64,000 nucleotides of DNA from NCBI GenBank assembly GCA_045542435.1, contig JAZQLD010000002.1, positions 33,867 to 97,866 on the forward strand, given 5' to 3'. The notes beneath the pieces are model-generated. The model did not search any database. It was not told the DNA's origin and worked only from the letters and a program-made list of their open reading frames with translations. Each line of letters starts with the position of its first letter. Positions within the stretch are counted from its first letter, which is position 1. The DNA comes from Butyribacter sp. Lineage in GTDB: Bacteria > Bacillota > Clostridia > Lachnospirales > Lachnospiraceae. The position numbers were made by a program, and so were the translations under genes. Shown here one piece after another: positions 37,256 to 45,650 of this stretch.

Positions 37256-40051
37256 CTATTTTCTTTCCTTAAATTGTGACAGATAAATCAAAACAATAAT
37301 ACTGATAAATGCCAGCATTCCCAGCACTGCTGCCAGCGTAGCCAAAACCACCGGCTGATTTCCATAATCAAAGTTTGGAATCAAATAAATCCATGGTTTC
37401 TCCTTGCTTAATTGTTCCATAGTTCCACTATAGAAAGCAACATTCCTCATCGTGCTGCACTGAATACATAATGCCAAAAAGGACATCACTGAAATAAAAC
37501 TCAAGCCCCCTCCCAGAAGTATCCATCTAACATATTTTCTTATGTTCATATATATTAACTGGCTCTTTTTCATTCCAATATAAGAAAGAGTTTCCATCTC
37601 TGACTGATTTTTCTGCATAGCCACCCAGACAATAACACAAATGGTAATTCCCCCAAGAAGAATCAGGTAGATAAACAGTGTATAAAATACAGCCATCACC
37701 TTTCTCTGTCCCTTTTCCTGTACATATATCAGTTCCCCTACGTCAAAGCATGTCATATATTTTGCCTGCGCAAGTGCCTGATACCATGTCCCTTGAAACT
37801 CTTCCGCCCCAGAAACATCATTTAAAAGAACGCCTACACGGGTGTCATTTCTATCCGGCAGCTGCCAGACGGAAAATGCCTCTTTTGATGTAAGTACATT
37901 AATGGTTGCTCCCAGATAATCTTCAAAATAGAAATTATCCTCATATTCATTCATATAAATAATCGCACTCACCTTTGGTGAAAATCTCTTTATCTTATAA
38001 TCACCTTCCGAAACGAAATCGCACAGAGGTAATTCTTCTCCCAGCGAAAAAGCATTTTTCTGTCGCTCATTTTTTATAATTACTGCTACTTCTTCTCCCG
38101 AAGCCATTTTTTTATAATCAAGTACTCCTTCCATTTTTATAAAAGAGTCCTCGTCCTTCACCCATTCATTAATCTGTTGAAGGTCATTTTCCTGTACACC
38201 AACGGTTGGCACATTAAAGAGTTTTTGATTCTTCTTCACCCCCAGCTCTTTGTACCACTTCCTCAATTCCTTTGTGCTGCGTATCTGTTCCTTCTGACTA
38301 TTTAAGTAAATACATTTGATATCATCCTTAGGATAAATCAGCGCACTGGACCGGTTAATGGTAAGACCATGTATCTGCTTTACTTGCGGACACTGCTCCA
38401 GCTTTTCAAAATGCTTCTGCGATACTCCTGTATCATGCGCTCCCTCCAAATAGCAATTCTCTTTCTCTATGGTCTCCTCTGTACGATCCATATAATAATC
38501 AAAATTTCCTACCCCGACATTTTCTATATGTTCTTCCAATTGAGAATAATCATACTCCGCCTTGCAACGGAAAAACAAATATCCAAAAACCGCCAAAACC
38601 ATGATGCTACAAATACAGAAGCATGGAATGCACCTGTTTATAAAGGATTCCCTTCCGAGATTTCGGTTTAATATTTCGTATAGGGTACTTCCTCTCTTCT
38701 TTTTCAATTTGTATACCTTAGAACGCTCTATTTCCAAAGGCATAATTCCCAGAACCGGTCCCACTCCTAACGCCAATGCCAAAACCTCTGCCACTGTAAT
38801 AACAACTCCCGGATAAATCCAAGGCTCTCTTGTCACTTCTTTAACATATGGCAGATAATATTGATATGCCTCATCCACATGCAAAGCAGAAGGCATACTT
38901 ACGCCAAGATTATTCCAGATTTTTAAGGAAAACTCATAGCCTTCACAACCAATCCAGTATCCCAACACTAAAGAAATCACATAACAAATAAAATAAAAAA
39001 ATAGCAAATGTTTTATAAGTACGGACTGTTTCATTCCCAGGCAAAGCAGCGTACTAAACTGCGTCTTTTTCCTCTCTACAATGATTCGTATTACATTATA
39101 TATACTAATCAGTGCCACAAAGCCAATCAAAAAGCAAAGAACCGGAATCATATATTCCGTGTAAATATCCTTTGCAGACTCATGGCTCTCCATTACGGAT
39201 GACAATTTCTGCTCCGATAAATTGTATTCCCCAAATGTCTTCTTATTTACCAAATCCATCTGAATCGTCAATCTGGCAAACAATTCAATCTCACTAGAAA
39301 AACAAAAATGAGAATCCCATTTCTCATTAAAATAATACTTAACTAAAAATTTTTCTCTATTATTATCATCCATAGACTTCAATGTCACAAAACAATGAGT
39401 CTTTTTTGTTGAAAGCTTTTGATAAGCTTCTTTATAAGAAAGATAAGCCATAGGAAAATCTCTTAGCTCACCGGTATCCGTTCCAAATCGGTATTTCGAA
39501 ACATCCTCTGTGGCTGTTTTTCGCAGACATCGAATGGTTCCTTCTGAATTACCTTGCCGTAATTCTATCACCCCGCATAAAGAATACTTTTTTATTTCCC
39601 CATCAACCTCTAACTGGATTTCCTCTCCTAACTCCCCTTGATATCCATTTTCCTTCAAAGTAATTCTATCCATACAGATTTCATGCTCTTCTCTAGGATA
39701 CTCTCCCTTTAACAAAGGAATCCATACTAATTCCTGTGTCGCTTTCCCCTCCATCGCACCAACAGAAATCTTATTTCCTGATTTATCTACCCGGTATTCC
39801 CCTAATTCATGCAGTAATCCCATCTTCTCCACTGTATTATCAGCTTCTAATGCCTCCAGACAAGTCTCTGACACCCCATAGAAAGAAAAGTCATAGTTTC
39901 CTCTCTCTTCTAACATCTCTGATAGTTCACACATCTTCATGGTGCGCACAAAAAGGAGAGCCATCATTAAACTGGCAACACCAAATATAACAATGGCTAC
40001 TAAGCTAATATGTATTTTTGATTGGTTGGTTTTCCACATGTTTTTTAACAT
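37256..40051 (-). CDS. Large FtsX-family ABC permease (931 aa, two FtsX-type TM modules with large extracytoplasmic domains).
   Basis: It has the MacB/BceB-like architecture. It lies directly upstream of its ATPase gene with a 19-nt gap. Confidence 0.7.
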   Translation of the reverse strand: MLKNMWKTNQSKIHISLVAIVIFGVASLMMALLFVRTMKMCELSEMLEERGNYDFSFYGVSETCLEALEADNTVEKMGLLHELGEYRVDKSGNKISVGAMEGKATQELVWIPLLKGEYPREEHEICMDRITLKENGYQGELGEEIQLEVDGEIKKYSLCGVIELRQGNSEGTIRCLRKTATEDVSKYRFGTDTGELRDFPMAYLSYKEAYQKLSTKKTHCFVTLKSMDDNNREKFLVKYYFNEKWDSHFCFSSEIELFARLTIQMDLVNKKTFGEYNLSEQKLSSVMESHESAKDIYTEYMIPVLCFLIGFVALISIYNVIRIIVERKKTQFSTLLCLGMKQSVLIKHLLFFYFICYVISLVLGYWIGCEGYEFSLKIWNNLGVSMPSALHVDEAYQYYLPYVKEVTREPWIYPGVVITVAEVLALALGVGPVLGIMPLEIERSKVYKLKKKRGSTLYEILNRNLGRESFINRCIPCFCICSIMVLAVFGYLFFRCKAEYDYSQLEEHIENVGVGNFDYYMDRTEETIEKENCYLEGAHDTGVSQKHFEKLEQCPQVKQIHGLTINRSSALIYPKDDIKCIYLNSQKEQIRSTKELRKWYKELGVKKNQKLFNVPTVGVQENDLQQINEWVKDEDSFIKMEGVLDYKKMASGEEVAVIIKNERQKNAFSLGEELPLCDFVSEGDYKIKRFSPKVSAIIYMNEYEDNFYFEDYLGATINVLTSKEAFSVWQLPDRNDTRVGVLLNDVSGAEEFQGTWYQALAQAKYMTCFDVGELIYVQEKGQRKVMAVFYTLFIYLILLGGITICVIVWVAMQKNQSEMETLSYIGMKKSQLIYMNIRKYVRWILLGGGLSFISVMSFLALCIQCSTMRNVAFYSGTMEQLSKEKPWIYLIPNFDYGNQPVVLATLAAVLGMLAFISIIVLIYLSQFKERK

Positions 40052-40081
40052 AGTAAACTCTCCTCTTGATTAAGTAACCAT

Positions 40082-40711
40082 CTACATTCTCTTCTCCCTA
40101 CCCCTATGGTACACTTCTCCAATGGCAAAAAACAGTACTCCTGCTGTCAAGTAAAAAAGAGAAGACTGCATTCCTTCAAATCCCAATGCTGTCACAATAG
40201 TTGAAATTCGATTTCCCGAAAATAAAGCGTAGATAAAAACTACTACAAACCCCACAGATACAGAAGCACACACCATACTTAACATATAAAAACAACCGGA
40301 AAACATAAAGCTTTGAAAAAGCAAAACTATCATGAGATCTTCGCTGTATGGTATGTTATTAATAATAAACAAGAATATTGGAATCAATGTCAGCAGATAA
40401 AAAAACAAATATAATAATGTATCAGCAATTTTACTGCTTTTCTCTATCCACAATAATTCCCTGCCCTCTCCTTCTATGTATTGCTGCATCAGAAGTAATT
40501 CCCACCATACTGCCAGAAGTGGAACAAAAAAAACTAATTGCTCTACAAAGTAGTCCATATAATATTCGGGATCCACCTGCATATATATCCACACGCTTAT
40601 AGGAATTATAATATAATTGATAAAGAGGGGAAGGTATTTCAGTATTCCCATACCTTTCCACTGAATCCTTATCCTGTCAATCCAATAATCTATTTTACTT
40701 TCAAAAGACAT
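40082..40711 (-). CDS. Hypothetical polytopic membrane protein, a possible permease partner of the upstream ABC-2-type ATPase.
   Basis: It has about six TM helices and overlaps the ATPase gene by 22 nt. Confidence 0.5.
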   Translation of the reverse strand: MSFESKIDYWIDRIRIQWKGMGILKYLPLFINYIIIPISVWIYMQVDPEYYMDYFVEQLVFFVPLLAVWWELLLMQQYIEGEGRELLWIEKSSKIADTLLYLFFYLLTLIPIFLFIINNIPYSEDLMIVLLFQSFMFSGCFYMLSMVCASVSVGFVVVFIYALFSGNRISTIVTALGFEGMQSSLFYLTAGVLFFAIGEVYHRGREKRM

Positions 40712-41529
40712 AAATATCCATCCTCCACCGTAGCTTCTACTGTTTCAACTTCCCTTTCCCTTAATAATACCCGGAATATCTTATTTCCATTTCTTAGGAA
40801 AGATTTTTCAACATACACAATCTTTTCATTGTCCAATTCAGCCTCAGAAACTTCTTTCACCCTGCCTGATGCATAATTTTGTATTTCTTCAATACTCCCA
40901 ATCCTTACGATTTCCCCCTGATCCAAAACAATAACCGAATCGCAGCAAGCCTCTACATCATCCACGATGTGGGTTGATACAATTACAATCTTGTCTTTAC
41001 TGAGATTAGAAACAATATCCTTAAAACGCATTCTTTCCTCTGGATCCAATCCCGCTGTAGGTTCATCAAATAATAAGATTGGAGGGTCTGCCAAAAGCGT
41101 CTGGGCAATTCCAAGCCTTCTTACCATTCCACCGGACAGTTTCTTTATCCGGGTATTTTTCTGGTCAAGAAGATTGACCTTCCTTAAACATTTTTCAATT
41201 TCTTCTTCTCGTAATTTTCTGTCTATTTTTCTAATATTACACATATACACCATCATCTCGTGTACCGTTAATTCTGGAAACAGACCAAATTTTTGTGGAA
41301 GATAGCCTATCTTTTGACATCCCTTTGCATTTACTTTTGTATTATTATACTTAATCTTCCCATGAAAAGAATATAAACCTGTGATACATCTCATTAATGT
41401 AGTTTTTCCTGCACCATTAGGACCTAATAAACCATATACCCCATTCTCCAATTTACATGTTATATTACATAATATTTCTTTCTTTTTTATCTTCTTTTGT
41501 AATTTTTCGATTTGTAGTATATTCTCCAT
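40690..41529 (-). CDS. ABC-2-type ATP-binding protein.
   Basis: Walker A GPNGAGKTT, the signature LSGGMVRR and Walker B LLFDEPTAGLD are present, with a C-terminal extension. Confidence 0.9.
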   Translation of the reverse strand: MENILQIEKLQKKIKKKEILCNITCKLENGVYGLLGPNGAGKTTLMRCITGLYSFHGKIKYNNTKVNAKGCQKIGYLPQKFGLFPELTVHEMMVYMCNIRKIDRKLREEEIEKCLRKVNLLDQKNTRIKKLSGGMVRRLGIAQTLLADPPILLFDEPTAGLDPEERMRFKDIVSNLSKDKIVIVSTHIVDDVEACCDSVIVLDQGEIVRIGSIEEIQNYASGRVKEVSEAELDNEKIVYVEKSFLRNGNKIFRVLLREREVETVEATVEDGYLCLLKVK

Positions 41530-41564
41530 ATGACCTCCCTAGTTATCTCTAATCCTAAATTTCA

Positions 41565-43322
41565 CTAATCCAGCATCTTTAATGCCGCCTCTAACTCCGC
41601 CTCATCCTCTTCGGTAGGAATATAATACGTATTCCCTTGCTTACAATACTTCTCATAATCTTGAGGAACCTTATACAATTGGTCAACAATCTGATTATTA
41701 CCAAAACATACATTATTATAATTTTCCTCAGGTGCCGCGAAGAAAATGACATTATCCCCCTGAAACTCTATCTCATTAAAAAAGTTTTTATAGGACTCAT
41801 ATATTTGAGGATCTTCTGGTGTATTTTCTTTATCCAGACAGGAATAGACTACCTTTACACCTTCAATATCCATATCTCTCAGAAAATAACTTCCCATAAT
41901 AGTCAATCCATTACTTGCACCGTTGTAATGAAGAATTTTCCTATTTCTTTCTACAACCGTCTTCTCTGTAGTTATATTCGTAAAAATTTTCATTTTTTTA
42001 GGAATTGATATCTTCAGCGAAAAGGTCATATTATCATCTGGCAGTTCTTGTGCAAAACAGATATTATATGAATCACGTATAAACACCGTTTTCCATCCTG
42101 CCATAGGATAATAGGCATAGTTCGCCGGCAAAGTGACTCCTTGAGAAGTACTATAAAAATATTGATTCGCACCTTCATACTCAAAGGTTATACTTTTTAA
42201 ATTCTTATTCTTATTTATGACTTCAACATAATCTCCATCCTGATAATATTCCAGAAGATTTCCATTTTGATCCTTTACTGCCTTTAGTTTATAAGAATGA
42301 TATAACGTAAACTGATAGGAATCCAAATCTTCTGTACTTAAATCAGCAGTGACCTCTGCTTTCAAAATATCCTTAATCTGTATATCCATATCATATCCTA
42401 ATATAGCAAAATCATTTTTATTTTTCTTCACATAATTTGCCTGATCTTCCTTTTGGCGGTCTACGGTATAATAATACTGCTCCCCCATCCACCTATCAAA
42501 ACCATTAACAACAGGTAATGCATAGGATGCACCGGAAGGCTGCCAAAACATAACAAAGCAAAGACAAGAAAGTATCAGACTGATTCCAAATCCAATCTTC
42601 TTCTTTGCCAAAAATAAAATAACTGCCAAAACTGCCAAAATCCAAAACATGACACAATAGATATGTATATTTTCTACTGACACAAAATAAAAGGGGTCTG
42701 TAATGGCACCGGTTGCCTGTGAATCAAATAGCGCAAATAAAGTTCCAAGTTTAAATAACATCTCATTATTAAGATTCCATCCTACTACACTTTGCAGAAA
42801 AGTAGTATCAAAGCAATAAAAACAAACAAAAAGCATACACATTGCAACGATTCTATTCTTTATACAGGAAATTAACCATCCTATTAGTTCTGCCAGAATA
42901 ATCGGCAAAACCACATAAATAATAGCAAATCTAATAAAATAGTTTTGTAATTCCCTCTGGGAATACCCCAGACCTTTACTCTGCATAATCAGGAAAAAAA
43001 ATATGACACCCGAAACCAGCATTCCATATATCGTAATCCATATCATGTCATATTTCTGGCTCTTTATATCTAAACATTTACAGCAAAGCAACTCATTAAA
43101 TTCATCCTTACGGAAAGAATATAATACTTCATAAGAAAAAAACATCATAAACAGAAAAATATACGGCATAACCTGAAAGGTAACACACATTCCACCTTGC
43201 AAAAATACACCAAATCCACTTTCTCTTATAAAAATAGAATATAGCAATGCCAATGAACAAATCAGCAGTAAAGACATCAATGCCGTTTTCCTATATATTT
43301 TTTTGAAATGTAAAATTAACAT
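41565..43322 (-). CDS. Large membrane protein with about nine N-terminal TM helices and a C-terminal extracytoplasmic domain of about 300 aa. Function unknown; it is a candidate immunity or export component.
   Basis: No family was recognised. The ATG at 43322 follows the RBS aaggaga. It sits between the small secreted protein gene and the ABC ATPase gene. Confidence 0.55.
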   Translation of the reverse strand: MLILHFKKIYRKTALMSLLLICSLALLYSIFIRESGFGVFLQGGMCVTFQVMPYIFLFMMFFSYEVLYSFRKDEFNELLCCKCLDIKSQKYDMIWITIYGMLVSGVIFFFLIMQSKGLGYSQRELQNYFIRFAIIYVVLPIILAELIGWLISCIKNRIVAMCMLFVCFYCFDTTFLQSVVGWNLNNEMLFKLGTLFALFDSQATGAITDPFYFVSVENIHIYCVMFWILAVLAVILFLAKKKIGFGISLILSCLCFVMFWQPSGASYALPVVNGFDRWMGEQYYYTVDRQKEDQANYVKKNKNDFAILGYDMDIQIKDILKAEVTADLSTEDLDSYQFTLYHSYKLKAVKDQNGNLLEYYQDGDYVEVINKNKNLKSITFEYEGANQYFYSTSQGVTLPANYAYYPMAGWKTVFIRDSYNICFAQELPDDNMTFSLKISIPKKMKIFTNITTEKTVVERNRKILHYNGASNGLTIMGSYFLRDMDIEGVKVVYSCLDKENTPEDPQIYESYKNFFNEIEFQGDNVIFFAAPEENYNNVCFGNNQIVDQLYKVPQDYEKYCKQGNTYYIPTEEDEAELEAALKMLD

Positions 43323-43424
43323 AATGTTCTCCTTGAAATCCGGCAACTGCCAATTATCCTTCCATTGGATAACAGCAATTGCCTTAATCAATATTTAAAT
43401 TGCTATACTAATAGTATGACTTGT

Positions 43425-43826
43425 CTAATAATTTGACAATATCACATTTGCATAGCATTGTTTTTTCGGATTGCTCTTTTTATTTCCATACATTACACTT
43501 TTCGCCACTGTATATGCATTTTGATTAATATAATAATATTTCGTAAATGCGGACATATCTGCATAAGAAAAATGAGAATGATACACATTACAAGACGAAC
43601 TATTTGGTCCCTTATAAATATAATACTCTACGTAATACTTTGAACTTGACGATACTGCACCAATCATCCTATATGTCCCTGTGGTATTTCCCAAAAGAGC
43701 CGTAGATTTGGATTTTTCATCAGTGGATAATACCGCCGATACACTTCCGGCTTTTGCAACCGGAACAGAAGAGCCGACCAGCATTAATGCTAATGCTGCA
43801 ATTAGTAATTTTTTCTTGTTTATCAT
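43425..43826 (-). CDS. Small secreted Tyr/Ser-rich protein (133 aa precursor), a candidate bacteriocin-like effector.
   Basis: It has a Sec signal (LLIAALALMLVGSSVPVAKA). The mature part of about 108 aa has two Cys. The RBS is aggaga. The call rests on context (agrD upstream, membrane and ABC genes downstream), and sequence similarity to known bacteriocins could not be established by eye. Confidence 0.5.
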   Translation of the reverse strand: MINKKKLLIAALALMLVGSSVPVAKAGSVSAVLSTDEKSKSTALLGNTTGTYRMIGAVSSSSKYYVEYYIYKGPNSSSCNVYHSHFSYADMSAFTKYYYINQNAYTVAKSVMYGNKKSNPKKQCYANVILSNY

Positions 43827-43908
43827 CTGTATTCTCCTTCTATTTTACGTTAAATTTTCTGGTTTCCTAATTAAGTTTTTCTTACAAATTTCTTTTTACA
43901 AAATCTTC

Positions 43909-44076
43909 TTATCTTTTGTATACACCTTCTTTCCTTAACTCCCGAATTCCTTCTGGTACCTCAGGTTCATAATAATTTCCTCTACAGCAAAATGGTGCTA
44001 TTTGTGATACAACCGCTACTAAAGCACATAACTTTGCTCCATTGCGAAATATTAGTGTTTTGATGAATGTTTTCAT
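43909..44076 (-). CDS. agrD: AgrD-like autoinducing-peptide precursor (55 aa), absent from the ORF track.
   Basis: The translation is MKTFIKTLIFRNGAKLCALVAVVSQIAPFCCRGNYYEPEVPEGIRELRKEGVYKR. It has an amphipathic leader, Cys residues, and then a YEPEVPEG tail resembling the conserved AgrD recognition tail (S. aureus DEVEVPKEL, C. perfringens HQPEEPKSL). The RBS aggagg lies 8 nt upstream of the ATG. Confidence 0.75.
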   Translation of the reverse strand: MKTFIKTLIFRNGAKLCALVAVVSQIAPFCCRGNYYEPEVPEGIRELRKEGVYKR

Positions 44077-44150
44077 TCATATCGCCTCCTTTTGTATTTT
44101 TACTTTCGCATTGTTACTATAACAGTAAAATTCTTCTTATAACTAAAATC

Positions 44151-44224
44151 AGGGACGAGTGGTAAAAAAAGGGGGACGAAATGCAAAAATGCATCTCGTC
44201 CCCCTTTTTTTACCACTCGTCCCT
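44151..44224. promoter_or_regulatory. Perfect palindrome (29-bp arms, 16-nt spacer) between the divergent agrD and agrB genes. It is a candidate dual LytTR-regulator operator.
   Basis: agggacgagtggtaaaaaaagggggacga (44151..44179) is the exact reverse complement of 44196..44224. Each arm contains GGGACGA twice with starts 21 bp apart. A TTGATT-18-TATAAT promoter (44229..44258) follows towards agrB. A TGtTATAGT extended -10 lies on the agrD side. Confidence 0.5.
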
Positions 44225-44288
44225 AGTTTTGATTATAGCTAGAAAAAAATATTATAATACATCATTATATATGACGGAGGAAAAAGCC

Positions 44289-44909
44289 ATGGTTGTATCA
44301 GATTATCTCAGTAAAAAATTAACAGAACAAATTATTCAATATAATTTTATTCCCGAAGAACAAAAAGCATCCTATGAGTATTGTTTTGACTTTGTTTTTG
44401 ATTTATTTTTTTATAATTCAAGTTTATTTTTGATTGGGTTGGCTTTTGATAAAGCATTTCTGTCCATCCTTTATATTATCACCCTTAGTCCACTAAAAAT
44501 GCTTGCAGGTGGATATCATGCAACATCCCGTTTAAGGTGCAGTTTCCTATCTTATTCAATTTTTATGATGGTTTTATTTCTTTCAGATAAAATACTTTCC
44601 TTTATTTCCACTCCGTTTTTGTTAGTTGGCTACATTATAATGAATACGTTAGTTATTGCGTTTTCACCAGTTGCACCACCACAACATCACTTCAATAATG
44701 TTGAAAAAAAGAAGCTTCGAACTTTGTGCTTGTTTTACTCTATATTGCTTCTCTTCCTATATATTATTCTTCTCTTGAAAACACAAACCATTTACTACAC
44801 TTGTATGACCTTATGCATTATGATAATATTGATAAGTCAAGTGATTGGTCACATCCAATATACTAAGAAAGGTGTTGAAAATTATGACTCTCAAAATCGC
44901 CCTTTGTGA
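44289..44909 (+). CDS. agrB: AgrB-family AIP-processing membrane peptidase.
   Basis: It is polytopic and about 207 aa. The segment SPLKMLAGGYHATSRLRCSFLSY matches the AgrB pattern R..AGG.HA....C. The start is set at the ATG at 44289 after the RBS ggagg. The track ORF start at 44181 lies inside the palindrome. Confidence 0.8.
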   Translation: MVVSDYLSKKLTEQIIQYNFIPEEQKASYEYCFDFVFDLFFYNSSLFLIGLAFDKAFLSILYIITLSPLKMLAGGYHATSRLRCSFLSYSIFMMVLFLSDKILSFISTPFLLVGYIIMNTLVIAFSPVAPPQHHFNNVEKKKLRTLCLFYSILLLFLYIILLLKTQTIYYTCMTLCIMIILISQVIGHIQYTKKGVENYDSQNRPL

Positions 44910-45627
44910 TGACAATACAGACATTCTTGATTTTTTATTTTCTACCTTGTGGAATTATCAGGTTGCTACAGACGTTAATCTTACTATAGATAAATACACA
45001 AATCCCAAAGAATTACTCAATGCATATAAAGAACCTGGAGCATATCATATCATTTTACTTGATATTGAAATGCCAGAAATGAATGGAATAAAAGTTGCTG
45101 AGATTATTCGAAAAATGAAAGATCGACAGGTAATTATTGTTTTTATTAGTAACTTTCCTCAATATATGCAGGATAGTTTTGCTGTCCACCCTTTTCATTA
45201 TTTACAAAAACCATTAAATGAACATACAATCTATGAGTTAATGCATGAGATTATAGAAGAAATCCAAGAGTCGCATATTTTGTATAGCATTGTCAGTACA
45301 GACACTTCGGAACAAACCATTAATATAAATGATGTTCTATATATAGAAGTAATCAATGGAAAAGCAAAGGAACTTGCATTTCATTTTTTTGATAAAACAA
45401 TACTCGCTCGCGGAACTTTGCTTCATTGGGAAAAAGAACTTACAGAATATAATTTTTATTTATGTCGAAGAGGTATTTTGTTAAATCTACAACATGTACA
45501 TTATTTTGATAAAAACAACATTGTTTTAGACAACGGCAAAAATATTCCTGTCAGCCGCACAAATTTAAAGAGATTAAAAGACTTATATATAAATCGTGTT
45601 GTTATTTTTCGAAATAATAAATTATAA
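44884..45627 (+). CDS. agrA: LytTR-family response regulator (AgrA-like).
   Basis: The receiver domain reads IALCDDN...ILLDIEMPEMNG. The C-terminal LytTR domain reads VLYIEVINGKAKELAFHF...RRGILLNLQHV. It overlaps agrB by 26 nt. Confidence 0.8.
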   Translation: MTLKIALCDDNTDILDFLFSTLWNYQVATDVNLTIDKYTNPKELLNAYKEPGAYHIILLDIEMPEMNGIKVAEIIRKMKDRQVIIVFISNFPQYMQDSFAVHPFHYLQKPLNEHTIYELMHEIIEEIQESHILYSIVSTDTSEQTININDVLYIEVINGKAKELAFHFFDKTILARGTLLHWEKELTEYNFYLCRRGILLNLQHVHYFDKNNIVLDNGKNIPVSRTNLKRLKDLYINRVVIFRNNKL

Positions 45628-45650
45628 CATCAAAGGAGGAGATTTCTATT

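Noticed and set aside
43425-43826. Direct assignment of the small secreted protein to the lactococcin-972 family, and of the 41565..43322 protein to the Lcn972 immunity family.
   Set aside because: Only the gene order is reminiscent. I could not see the family's sequence motifs. The membrane protein also has the opposite domain order (TM bundle first, soluble domain last). It is kept only as a hypothesis to test.
44181-44288. The N-terminal extension of AgrB proposed by the ORF track (start at 44181).
   Set aside because: That start lies in the loop of the perfect palindrome and upstream of the predicted promoter. The ATG at 44289 has a GGAGG RBS and gives a typical AgrB length of about 207 aa.
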